Shown here: positions 17,589 through 27,647 of the stretch, one piece after another
Layout of the letters: every line of letters begins with the position of its first letter
How positions within the stretch are numbered: position 1 is the stretch's first letter
NCBI GenBank assembly: GCA_046075565.1
Contig: JBJTQJ010000044.1
Span: 1-32,134 of the forward strand
From: Verrucomicrobiales bacterium
Lineage (GTDB): Bacteria; Verrucomicrobiota; Verrucomicrobiia; Verrucomicrobiales; SLCJ01
Reading direction: 5' to 3'
DNA: 32,134 bases
Notes under the pieces: generated by a model
Told to the model about the DNA's origin: nothing
Databases searched by the model: none
The model's input: only the letters and a program-made list of their open reading frames with translations
Program-made: the position numbers and the translations under genes

Positions 17589-18841
17589 AAAACAGTCGCA
17601 GAACTTTTCTCCAGCAATCGTTATTCGGTTCAACTGGCCTCGGTCTCGGGGTTGCTTCAACGCTCGACGTGAGAGCGGAGCCGGCACCGAATTCCGATGC
17701 CCCGGAGTTGGTGGACACCGTCGATGTGCTGGTGATTGGCGGAGGCACGGCGGGAACGATTGCGGCCATCCAAGCCGGGCGGGCCGGGGCAAAAGTGCTG
17801 CTTGTCGAACGGGGCAGCCAACTCGGCGGCACCATGACCACCGGCGGGGTGGCGTATCCCGGCCTCTTCGATGCCTGGGGCAAACAGGTGATCGCGGGCA
17901 TCGGATGGGAACTCGTCAAAGAAAGCGTGGAAATGGATGGCGGCACACTGCCCGATTTCTCAAAAGTCCCGGCGCGACATTTTCACAACCAGGTCTTCAC
18001 CAATCAGTTTCTCTATGCCATCCTGTCCGAGGAAAAATGCGAAAAAGCGGGCGTGCGCATTGCCTACTACGAGTTTCCGCAAACGGTAAGCAAAACCGCC
18101 GAGGGATGGCAAGTGGACTGCATGGGCTTCGGCACGAAACGCCGGGTGCATTGCCGGCAGATCATCGACTGCACGGGCGGCGCCGAAGTGGTCGGGCTCT
18201 GCGGCTTCCCTCGCTTGCGTGAGGATGAACGCCAACCGGGTTCGTTCCTCTACATGCTGGGCACGGCCCATGAACCTGGCCGCAACCAAATCCACCGGCT
18301 ATATGTGCACGGCGCCGACTCGACCAATTCGCGCACCGCTACCCATGCCAATCTAACAGGTCGCAAGTCCATCCTCGCCGAAGTGCGGGAGAAGAAGAAA
18401 CGACTCATGCACTTGCAGCCGGAAACGGGTTTCCGCGAAAGCTACCGCATCGAAGGTGAAACGCTCGTCACCGCACAGGACTACCGCTCCGGTCGCAAGT
18501 TCGACGATGCCATTTGTTATGCTTTCTATCCAGTGGACCTGCACACCAAAAACGGCGTGAAACCGGAACCGCTTAAACGCGGCATCATCCCGACCATCCC
18601 GCTGCGTGCCCTCATCCCCAAAGGAAGCCGCAACCTGATGGTGGCCGGACGGTGCGTGAGCAGCGACCGCCTCGCCAACTCCGGATTACGCGTGCAAGCT
18701 TCCTGCATGGGCATGGGACAAGCCGCCGGAGCGGCCGCCGCGCTGGCCGTGAAATCCAACACCACTCCTTTGGAGGTGCCGCTCGCCGCGATCCACGATT
18801 TGCTCCGGACCCACGGGGCGATCATTCCCGGGGATGTCTGA
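17585..18841 (+). CDS. Tat-exported FAD-dependent oxidoreductase
   Basis: Twin-arginine SRRTFLQ; DVLVIGGGTAG, LGGTMTTGGV, IIDCTG, RESYRIEG, NLMVAGRCVS and MGMGQAAGAAAA. ATGA overlap with apbE. Confidence 0.9.
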   Translation: MKNSRRTFLQQSLFGSTGLGLGVASTLDVRAEPAPNSDAPELVDTVDVLVIGGGTAGTIAAIQAGRAGAKVLLVERGSQLGGTMTTGGVAYPGLFDAWGKQVIAGIGWELVKESVEMDGGTLPDFSKVPARHFHNQVFTNQFLYAILSEEKCEKAGVRIAYYEFPQTVSKTAEGWQVDCMGFGTKRRVHCRQIIDCTGGAEVVGLCGFPRLREDERQPGSFLYMLGTAHEPGRNQIHRLYVHGADSTNSRTATHANLTGRKSILAEVREKKKRLMHLQPETGFRESYRIEGETLVTAQDYRSGRKFDDAICYAFYPVDLHTKNGVKPEPLKRGIIPTIPLRALIPKGSRNLMVAGRCVSSDRLANSGLRVQASCMGMGQAAGAAAALAVKSNTTPLEVPLAAIHDLLRTHGAIIPGDV

Positions 18842-18874
18842 AACATTCCCATCTCTCCCCGACCCGTTTCTTTC

Positions 18875-19810
18875 ATGAAGGACGCGAAGCGACCCAACCC
18901 GCAACTCGGCACGCTCCGCCGCCGCTTGGTTTCGTTGCTTACCGCATTGACCTTCCTCGTGCTCGCCGTGACCGGCGTGTTCGCCTTCAGCCAGCCCTTC
19001 GATATCGGCATCATCGGTCTGCATTCGCTGATGGGATTTCTCTTCATCTTGCTGATCGCGCTGCATGTTTTCAACAATAGCCGACCGCTTGTTAGTTATT
19101 TGCGCAGCAAGGCGCTTTGGGTCACCCTTGCCACGACCGTGACCCTCACCGCCCTCTTCTGGTGGCAACCGGCTCCGGTCAAAACCATCCTCGGATGGAG
19201 CGGCAATCTCGGACCGGCCATGGAAATGTTCGAGATGCGGGAAGACGTCATGGTTTTCCACTACACACCATCGCCGGAATACAAGATGCGGCTGACGGTG
19301 CAGACCGGACCATCCTACCGCACCACTCCCCCGCCCCATGTCGCGATCTGGCTGGAAAACCAGGGGGCCTACCACATCAAGACCCTGCTCGAGCCCTCCG
19401 ACCCAGGAGAGACTCCCTACTGGGCCTTCAAACGCGCGGGATGGGAAAAAGCCAAACGCGAGGCGGAGAGACTCGGCGAGATCGATGCCGTTTCCTCGCC
19501 CACGCCGAATGGTTCCTTCGACCCGGCTGATTACATTCTACCGAAGGCAGCCAAGGACTCGACGCCCTATCAGCTTCTGCTGGAAATCAACCAGACCGGC
19601 GACGAGCAATCTTCTCTGGTTTACGCCGTGGAAATCGACAATGCCTTGCCCCGGACATTCCAATTGCTCGAACTGCGCGGCTATCCCAAACGCGAGGAAC
19701 CGAAAAGCGATGGCAAGGAAACCTGGGGTCTCTTCTACGTGGACGAAACTTTCACCACCGCGCTCGACCTCATTGACAGCGCCTTGCTGACCATCGAGCG
19801 GGGAAAATGA
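18875..19810 (+). CDS. Membrane protein with DUF4405-like His-containing helices fused to a DUF2271-like domain
   Basis: Three TM segments including GLHSLMGFLFILLIALHVFNN, then PHVAIWLENQGAYHIKTLL, IDAVSSPT, LLEINQTGD and QSSLVY. Confidence 0.65.
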   Translation: MKDAKRPNPQLGTLRRRLVSLLTALTFLVLAVTGVFAFSQPFDIGIIGLHSLMGFLFILLIALHVFNNSRPLVSYLRSKALWVTLATTVTLTALFWWQPAPVKTILGWSGNLGPAMEMFEMREDVMVFHYTPSPEYKMRLTVQTGPSYRTTPPPHVAIWLENQGAYHIKTLLEPSDPGETPYWAFKRAGWEKAKREAERLGEIDAVSSPTPNGSFDPADYILPKAAKDSTPYQLLLEINQTGDEQSSLVYAVEIDNALPRTFQLLELRGYPKREEPKSDGKETWGLFYVDETFTTALDLIDSALLTIERGK

Positions 19811-19893
19811 TGGATCATCCGTTTGCAAGAGGGCCGGAATTCTTCATGTTCACCGCCTGATCCGCCCCCACAGGCGAGGCTTGCCCCAGGCAC

Positions 19894-22875
19894 ATGAAAG
19901 TTGAAACCATCCCCCAGTTGCTCTTCCATGGCCGAAGTCTGGCCAATGGCGGGGCGGCTTTGTGCCGCGACCGGGAGATGGCGCTGGATCATGATGCCCT
20001 CCATGCAATGCTGGTCAAAGCCGGGGCCGATCTGAACGCGCTCGGCATCGGGCGCGCCACCCGAGTAATGACGCCCTGCCCGACGATCCGCTGACCGCGT
20101 TTGTGCTGCTGGCCTTGTGCTGCACAGGCATTTGCGCGCCGATCAATCCGGATTTACGCGAGGCGGAGGTTGCCGCTTTGATCCCGGAAACGGGGGTTGA
20201 TGTGCTCGTGGCCCACGGCCTCTGCGCCGCCGAAGCCCGCAAGGCGGCAGCAACCTTGGGCCTGCCGGTTCTCGAGGTGGATTGGGATGGACATGGAGGT
20301 TTGCGATGGTCGGGCTCGCCTCTCAGCGAGGCACCTGCGCTGACAGTGGCAGCAGGCCCGCATGAGACCGCCTTGGTCTTGCTGACCTCGGGGTCCAGCG
20401 CGCGCCCAAAACGGGTTCCTCTCACCCACCTTCAACTAGCGCTCTCGGCACGGCGAATGGCGGAGTCGGTCCGGCTGACCTCCGAAGACTGCTGCTTGAA
20501 CCTCATGCCCATGTTCCATGTGGGCGCGGTGGTGGACTTGCTGCTCGCTCCGCTCTCGGTCGGGGGTTCGGTGCTTCGGTCCGCTGGAATGTCGGCAGAG
20601 GAATTCTTCGCGGCGCTCGCAGACGGACGCCCGACCTGGTTCCAGGGTGTGCCCACCATGCTGCACGAGCTGGCCGCTCATGCGGTGAAGCATCCTAACA
20701 AACACAAGCGCAAGCTTCGATTCATCCGCGCGGTTTCGTCGCCAATGCCGCTTGATTGGCTCCACGAAATCCAACACGCTCTGGGCTCCCCGCTCATCGA
20801 AATCTACGGCATGACGGAAACCGCCGGCGTGATCACCAGCAACCCCTTGCCACCCGCGAAGAGAAAAGCCGGATCGGTGGGCATGACCACCGGCCTTGAA
20901 GTCATCGTCCGGAATGACAGTGGATCCGCCGCCGCCACCATGCAGTGCGGGGAAATCCTTGTCCACGGTCCGGGGGTGATGCGCGGATATGAAGGGCTCA
21001 CCGAGGCAAGCGCGGGGACTTCGGCGATGACAACGGATGGTTGGCTCTGCACCGGAGACGAAGGGTATTTCGATGCCGATGGATATCTGTTTATCACCGG
21101 GCGTATCGGGGACCAAATCAACCGGGGCGGAGAGAAGATTTCTCCCCGCGAAATCGACGAGGTTTTGGTTTCCCATCCGATGGTGCGTGAAGCGGCGGCC
21201 TTCGCCATGACGCATGTCGAATTGGGCCAGGAGGTCGCGGCGGCCATCGTGGTGGAGGCTGGAATGTCCCCGAGTATTGATGCCCGGAGTCTGACTGAAC
21301 ATGTGGCGGCTCGCCTGGCCTACTTCAAGGTGCCAAAGAACTTCTATTTGTTAGAAGAATTGCCCCGCGGTCCGGGCGGCAAACTGCGGCGCCGTTTGCT
21401 GCCCGGGATCGTGCGTGAACTTCCTCCACTGGGCAATGAGCCCAAGTCCGACTGGGAAGCGCCGGCAACGGAAATGGAAAGACTCGTGGCCGCATGGTGG
21501 GAAACCGAACTCCGCATCAGCGCCATCGGGCGCACCGGGCATTTCTTCGATCTCGGTGGCGAGCCCCGTGCAAAAAGCATTCCTGGCGGAAACCACCCCG
21601 CTCCATCCCGATTTTCTCCATCGCCTCCGGGCTGCCATGAGCGTATGGGCCGGCGAGCGGAAGAACGAGTTTTCATTGCTCGTGGGCCGCAACACCGGGG
21701 CCAAAGGAACCCCAATCTTCTGGTGCGGCCAAGGAAGTGGAGAGTTCGAGGGATTCGCCAACCGGGTGCCGCAAGACATGCCGCTCTATGCCTCGAGATC
21801 CTTGTATTTGTTAGGCGATAAGAAGCGCCACGATGAGGCGGCGCTCGCCCGCATGCTCGCACGCGAAGTCGAGGAAGTGGCCGCCGGCCGGGAAATGATC
21901 GTCGGTGGATTCTGCGCTGGCGGTCGGATTGCCGCACTCGTGGCGGGCCATTTGCGGGAAAGCGGCCTGCCCATCAAGTTGGTCTTCATGCATGAGGTAT
22001 TTCCTCCGCGGAAATTGGACGTTCCCGTGGCGATCGGCATGACCGTCTCCTATCCGAACAGTCTATTCCGCCGGTTCAGCCGACCGGACATGGTTCTGCG
22101 GAAACTTTGCCCCGCTGGATTTCAATTGTGGATGGCGGACGACGTTCACGAGGAAATTTATCAGGAGCCTGTACTGGGCCGCGAGGTGAAGAAGCTGATC
22201 TCCCTGTGGTCCGATGTACGCAAAATCCCATCATCCCCGCCCATGGTGGAAGTGCCGGGCGTGGTGTATCGGGCGAGTTACACCTGCGGCTATTCTCCGC
22301 GATGGCTGCGGGCGAATCGCTCCGTGCATCTGCGGGTGAAAGTGACGAACACGAGCAAGCAGACCTGGCTCCCGGGAGAAGGCAGCGGATTGCACTTGGG
22401 CCATCGCTGGCTGGATGAAACAGGCCGACCCGGCGGTGATCCCGGCCAGTCGGTTGCCCTTCCCTGCGAAGTGCCACCGGGCCAGACCATTGCCTTGAAG
22501 ATCAAAATCACCGCCCCGGCGGAATCCGGCCCGCGTGTGCTCGAGATTGACATGGTTGACGAAGGTGTCGCGTGGTTCTCCGAAAAGCAATCGCAGCACC
22601 CCACGAAGCCACTCCAACTCAAGATCAACATCCACGATCAAACTCTCCTGAAGCACTTGTTCCGTCCATCTTCCGCGAAGACATCATGGTTCCAGCCCGC
22701 CTCATCTCCCCATTCTATCGTAAACTTGCTGAGGAAGTCCGCGCCCTCGGCGGCTACTGGAATGCCCACACCCACCTGGACCGCGCCGGAACGATGGATG
22801 AACGTTATTGGAGCGCGACCGGCTTGCGGGTTACCGACACTTCCTACATCTCATTACACGAGAAACACAAGTTGA
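19894..22875 (+). pseudogene. Disrupted NRPS-like gene: adenylation, partial carrier protein, thioesterase and Ig-like domains
   Basis: A-domain motifs LTSGSSARPK, YGMTET, TGDEG, RGGEKISPREID and PRGPGGK. 1-nt frameshift at ~20073. The carrier domain stops at FFDLGG (~21562) with a frame change into a TE-like region (GGFCAGG) and an Ig-like region (VTNTSKQTW...EVPPGQ...DMVDEGVAWFS). The 3' end is uncertain. Confidence 0.8.
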
Positions 22876-23810
22876 TCGAAGATGTCCATCGCGGCCCGGC
22901 CTATGCTACCGATGATCTGCGGGCACGGGTTTCCGACCATTTGCAGGTCATGGTCGATGTGGGCACACGCCGGGTTGATACTCTTTCCGACGTGACAGCG
23001 GACCGCGTTGCATTGACCGCACTGCAAACCATGCTGCAACTGAAATCCGAGTGGGCGGATCGCATTGACGTGCGCGTGGCCGCCTACTCGCCACTGGGTT
23101 TTCCCTTGAATCAACCCGAACGATGGGAACTATTCCTGCAAGGCGCGGCCATGGCGGATTTCATCTCCGCTTTGCCGGAATCGGATGAAATATCGGAGTA
23201 TCCGGGTCACATGGGCTTCGAGGAGCACTGCCGGAAGATGTTGGCCGTCTCTGCGGAAGCAGGAAAGATGATCCATGTGCACACGGATCAAAGGAATGAA
23301 CCGGGGGAACGCGGCACCGAACGCTTGCTCGAGGTCATGCGCCAGGAAGGCCACCGCAAGCCCGCAGGTATAGAGCCGCTGGTGTGGGCCGTGCACATGG
23401 TTTCGCCTTCGACCTATGATGAAGCGCGTTTTGAAAAACTCGTGGAAGACATGCTGGAATTGGGAGTTGGTCTTATTTCCTGCCCGTCGGCGGCGATTGG
23501 CATGCGGCAACTGCGCCCACTGGCCACCCCGACCTACAACAGCATCCCGCGGGTGCTTGAACTCGTGGCCGCCGGTATTCCCGTGCGCATGGGTTAGGAC
23601 AACATCTCCGACATGTGCTCCCCGAGCACAACGGCGGACCTAACCGATGAAGTCTTCACTTTGTCCGCGGCCATACGCTACTACGAGCCAGCGCTGCTGG
23701 CACATCTTGCGGCAGGCGTCGAGCCAACGGCTGAAATACGCGCGGTGGTGAAAGATCATCTGGCCCGCAACGACAAGGAAATTGCCAAGGTCATTGACGG
23801 AAGCCATTAG
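22686..23810 (+). pseudogene. Cytosine-deaminase-like amidohydrolase with an in-frame TAG at 23595-23597
   Basis: NAHTHLD, HVHTDQ, AVHM, SCPS, then VRMG*DNISD continuing in frame to TAG 23810. The metal-ligand Asp lies directly after the internal stop. Confidence 0.8.
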
Positions 23811-23815
23811 GTTTC

Positions 23816-26122
23816 CTACTTCTTCCGTTTCGACAGAGCTTGGGAAAACCAGTCGTTGCCGGGCGCGGGTGCCGCAGGACGCGGGGGCGGTCGGCGATCG
23901 TCGCGACGAGGTCCGGGACCGCCTTGGCCACCACCGCCTCCTCCGCCTCCACCGGGTCGGCGCTCGAAGTCGGGTTTGGATTTCATGGAGAGCGCGATGC
24001 GTTTGCGCGCGAGGTCCACTTCCACAACCGTCACTTGCACGCGCTGCCCGACTTTGACCACCTCAGAAGCATCGCGCACGAATTGATCCGAAAGTTGGCT
24101 CACGTGGACCAATCCATCCTGGTGGACCCCGATATCCACGAAAGCCCCGAAAGCGGTGACATTGGTGACGATGCCCGGAAGTTTCATGCCTGATGTTAGA
24201 TCCTCCGGTTTGTGCACGCCTTCGGCGAAGGAGAACGCCTCGAATTTTTCCCGCGGGTCGCGGCCGGGTTTCGCCAGTTCGGCGAGAATATCTTTGAGCG
24301 TGGGCAAACCGACCGTCTCGCTGGTATACTTTTTCAAATCGATGCGGGCGCGCAGTTCGTCACGGGTGAGCAGATCGGGCACGGAGCATCCGAGGTCGGC
24401 GGCCATGCGGCCGACGAGTTCGTAGCGCTCCGGGTGCACGGCACTGGCATCGAGCGGATTCTCACCCCCGCGGATCCGGAGGAACCCAGCCGCCTGCTCG
24501 AAGGTCTTGTCGCCCATACGCGGCACTTCACGAAGCTGGCGGCGCGAACGGAATGGCCCGTGTTCGTTGCGGTGCGCGACAATATTGGCCGCGAGCGCCG
24601 AGTTGAGCCCGGAGACGTAGGTGAGCAATTGTTTGCTGGCGGTGTTCACCTCCACGCCCACACCATTTACGCAACTGATGACGATGTCATCGAGGCCCTG
24701 TTTGAGGAGGCTCTGATCCACGTCGTGCTGGTATTGCCCGACGCCGATGGACTTGGCGTCGATTTTCACCAGTTCGGCAAGCGGATCCATGAGACGGCGA
24801 CCGATGGAAACCGCGCCGCGCACCGTGATGTCGTGGTCGGGAAATTCCTCGCGGGCAACATCAGACGCGGAATAGATCGAGGCGCCGGATTCATTCACCT
24901 GCACGATGGTAATGGACGGGGGAAGGCCGAGACGGCGCACGAATTCCTCCGTCTCGCGTCCGGCCGTGCCGTTGCCGATGGCGATGGCTTCGATGCGGTG
25001 GCCGGCGATGAGTTCGAGGAGCGTGCGTTTGGCTTCGAGCAACGACGCATTCGAGCCGACGAGGTGGATGACATCGTTATGCAGGAGTTTGCCCTGGGCA
25101 TCGAGCACGACCACCTTGCAACCGGTGCGGAAACCCGGATCGATGGCGAGCAGACGTTTGCCACCGAGGGGCGCGGCCAGGAGTAGCTCACGCAGGTTGT
25201 CGGCGAAGACCCGCACGGCTTCGGCATCCGCCTGCTTCTTTGACTCCAACCGGGCTTCCGTTTCCATGGAGGGCCCTAACAAACGATTGTAGCTGTCATG
25301 AGCGGCCTCGCGCACTTGGGCGGCGGACGGGCTGCCACCTTTGACGAAAAGTTTCTCCATGATCATATGAGCGGGCGCCTCGGGCGGGCAAATGCGGAGC
25401 AGAAGATGACCTTCCTTCTCCCCACGGCGGATGGCGAGCAGACGGTGCGAGGGAATGCTGGCCAATGGCTCGGACCACGCGAAGTAGTCGCGGAATTTCT
25501 GCGCTTCCGGATCTTCTTCTTTTCCGATAAGGACCTTTGAGCTGAGCACGCCATTGCCGAGGTAGTGGGCTCGCATGGCGCTGCGGGCGGCCGCGTCATC
25601 ACTCATGCGTTCGGCAAGGATGTCGCGGGCTCCGGCGAGCGCGGCGGCGGCATCTGGAACTTCTTTCTCCGCATCGACGAAGGCAATTGCAGCGGCGGCT
25701 GGATCGAAGGTGTTGTTTTCCTGCTGATTCCAGATTTCATCGGCCAGCGGTTCGAGTCCGCGTTCCTTTGCGATGGTGGCGCGGGTGCGGCGCTTCGGAC
25801 GATAGGGCGCGAAGATATCTTCGACGGCGGAAAGGGTGTCGGCGGAGGTCAGCTTGGATTTCAGCTCGTCGGTGAGCAGGTTGCGCTCCTCCAGCGATTT
25901 CAGCACCGCGCTCCGGCGCGACTCAAGGGCGGCGAGCTGCTCCATGCGGTCGCGGATCGATGTGATGGCCACCTCGTCGAGTTCGCCCGTGGCTTCCTTT
26001 CGATATCGGGCGATGAATGGCACGGTGCCCCCTTCGGCGAGAAGTTTGGCGGTGGCGGCGACCTGGGCGGGGCGGAGCTTCAGCTCGCGGGAGATGCGAT
26101 CGAGGTGGGTGGTATTGTCCAT
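23816..26122 (-). CDS. tex: Tex/YhgF RNA-binding transcription accessory protein
   Basis: GTVPFIARYRKEATG, IDPGFRTGCK, AIGNGTAGRET, SIGVGQYQHDV, S1 domain FGAFVDIGVHQDGLVHVS and a Gly/Pro/Arg tail. Start set at MDNTTHL (26122); ends with TAG. Confidence 0.96.
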   Translation of the reverse strand: MDNTTHLDRISRELKLRPAQVAATAKLLAEGGTVPFIARYRKEATGELDEVAITSIRDRMEQLAALESRRSAVLKSLEERNLLTDELKSKLTSADTLSAVEDIFAPYRPKRRTRATIAKERGLEPLADEIWNQQENNTFDPAAAAIAFVDAEKEVPDAAAALAGARDILAERMSDDAAARSAMRAHYLGNGVLSSKVLIGKEEDPEAQKFRDYFAWSEPLASIPSHRLLAIRRGEKEGHLLLRICPPEAPAHMIMEKLFVKGGSPSAAQVREAAHDSYNRLLGPSMETEARLESKKQADAEAVRVFADNLRELLLAAPLGGKRLLAIDPGFRTGCKVVVLDAQGKLLHNDVIHLVGSNASLLEAKRTLLELIAGHRIEAIAIGNGTAGRETEEFVRRLGLPPSITIVQVNESGASIYSASDVAREEFPDHDITVRGAVSIGRRLMDPLAELVKIDAKSIGVGQYQHDVDQSLLKQGLDDIVISCVNGVGVEVNTASKQLLTYVSGLNSALAANIVAHRNEHGPFRSRRQLREVPRMGDKTFEQAAGFLRIRGGENPLDASAVHPERYELVGRMAADLGCSVPDLLTRDELRARIDLKKYTSETVGLPTLKDILAELAKPGRDPREKFEAFSFAEGVHKPEDLTSGMKLPGIVTNVTAFGAFVDIGVHQDGLVHVSQLSDQFVRDASEVVKVGQRVQVTVVEVDLARKRIALSMKSKPDFERRPGGGGGGGGGQGGPGPRRDDRRPPPRPAAPAPGNDWFSQALSKRKK

Positions 26123-26288
26123 GCGGTATGCGGAAAATCGGGGAGCCAAAAGAACCCCATCCGGAGCCTCCGGCAAGCGGGGAAATCAGAAATTTTCAGG
26201 CATCCGACGCATCGACCTGGGAAACAGGAATCCGCTTGCAAATAGGCGGAATTGGCGGAATTTGCACTGTTCCGTAATTCCAACCAAC

Positions 26289-26294
26289 AAGGAG
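26289..26294 (+). promoter_or_regulatory. Shine-Dalgarno sequence for infA
   Basis: AAGGAG, 6 nt upstream of the in-frame ATT at 26301. Confidence 0.75.
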
Positions 26295-26300
26295 TAGCTT

Positions 26301-26660
26301 ATTTCCGTCTCCCCGCAGAAGCGTTCATCTGGCCCAAATTCCAATCGTGGCAATCGTCCCGGTGGAGGAGGTCAGCGCCCCGGTGGTCCCCCAAGCGGCC
26401 CGCGTCCGCCTCGTCCCCCGCAACCCGAAGGACCCCGGCTTTCGCGCGACGGCAACACCATCGAGATCGACGGCACCATCAAGCAGGTCCTCGCCGGCAC
26501 CATGTTCAAGGTCGAAGTGACCGGTGGCAACGAAGTGCTCGCCCACATTTCCGGTAAGATGCGCAAAAGGTTCATCCGCCTTGTCGCGGGTGACAAAGTG
26601 CGCATGGAAATGTCGCCGTATGACACCACCAAAGGCCGGATCGTTTTCCGACTGAAATAA
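26301..26660 (+). CDS. infA: Translation initiation factor IF-1 with N-terminal extension, predicted ATT start
   Basis: Absent from ORF track. Core is [67 protein letters not shown]. There is no in-frame ATG/GTG/TTG between the upstream stop (26295) and the internal Met (26502). Identity is secure; the start is inferred. Confidence 0.9.
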   Translation: MSVSPQKRSSGPNSNRGNRPGGGGQRPGGPPSGPRPPRPPQPEGPRLSRDGNTIEIDGTIKQVLAGTMFKVEVTGGNEVLAHISGKMRKRFIRLVAGDKVRMEMSPYDTTKGRIVFRLK

Positions 26661-26685
26661 AGCCGGGCGGCACCCCGACCTCGGT

Positions 26686-27573
26686 TTGACCATGGACCGG
26701 TTCTGGAAGTTGCTCGCCCATCCGGACTCTCTCGGGAGGAAGTTTGCCCGCCGCTGGCGAGTGCATGGGCACACGGACAATGCCGCCGCCCTGACCTTCT
26801 ACTCGCTCGTCTCCCTCGTGCCGGTGCTGATGATCGGTGTGCTCGTCGCAGGAGTCGTGCTTGGCGAACGCGCCGCCCACGGTGAACTGGAGAAACAACT
26901 CGCCGCCGTGGTGGGCACGGATGCCGCACGTTTTCTCGAACAAATCCTCCAGAGCGCGCGCATCAATCCGAAGAGCGAACCTTTCGCTTTCGCCTTCATC
27001 CTCGTGGTGCTTTTCTTTTCCGGTTCGCATGTTCTGTCCAAACTGCGGGAAACACTGAACCTCATCAACGAGGTCGAACCGCTGGATCCCGCCCGCCCCT
27101 GGTTGGCCCGTATCATCGCGCGCGGATTGTGCGCCGGCCTCTTGCTGATTTTCGGAATCCTGCTCGTAGTCGGCACCACGATCGAAGGCTTTATCGGTTC
27201 CTTCGCCGGTCAAATCGATACCGAATGGCTCGATTGGTTTTCCCCGCTCAAGGGCTACCAATGGCTCTCGACGTATCTGCTTCTCTCGCTGGCCTTCCTT
27301 TTCATCCTCAAGGTCTTGCCTCGCCGGAGGCCTGGCTGGCGGCCCGCCGCTATGGGAGCCATATTGAGCGCACTCGCCGTTGGTTCGCTGAAAAGCGGTC
27401 TGGACTTCTACCTGCGCCACAGTCCACTGGCCAGCATCTTCGGCACCGGACTCACCGTGCTCATATTCCTGTTCTGGCTTTTCCTTTCCATCCAGGCCTT
27501 CCTTGCCGGCGCCGAACTCACCGCCATGTTCATGCGGCGACGGGAAAATGCCGGCTTCGACGGGAAAGATTGA
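26686..27573 (+). CDS. YihY/BrkB family membrane protein
   Basis: AAALTFYSLVSLVP, LRETLNLI, ILKVLP, SIFG and FLFWLFLSIQAFLAGAELTA. Start may be 26692. Confidence 0.9.
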   Translation: MTMDRFWKLLAHPDSLGRKFARRWRVHGHTDNAAALTFYSLVSLVPVLMIGVLVAGVVLGERAAHGELEKQLAAVVGTDAARFLEQILQSARINPKSEPFAFAFILVVLFFSGSHVLSKLRETLNLINEVEPLDPARPWLARIIARGLCAGLLLIFGILLVVGTTIEGFIGSFAGQIDTEWLDWFSPLKGYQWLSTYLLLSLAFLFILKVLPRRRPGWRPAAMGAILSALAVGSLKSGLDFYLRHSPLASIFGTGLTVLIFLFWLFLSIQAFLAGAELTAMFMRRRENAGFDGKD

Positions 27574-27647
27574 AATTTACGGAGGCGCCACCCCGAGTCG
27601 CGGCATCCATTGAAACATCCATTGTCGCGACCACGTGATGTATCTCC

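Noticed and set aside
20060-21570. Programmed frameshifting in the NRPS-like gene
   Set aside because: There are no slippery heptamers or long homopolymers at either junction, and the second junction deletes the carrier Ser.
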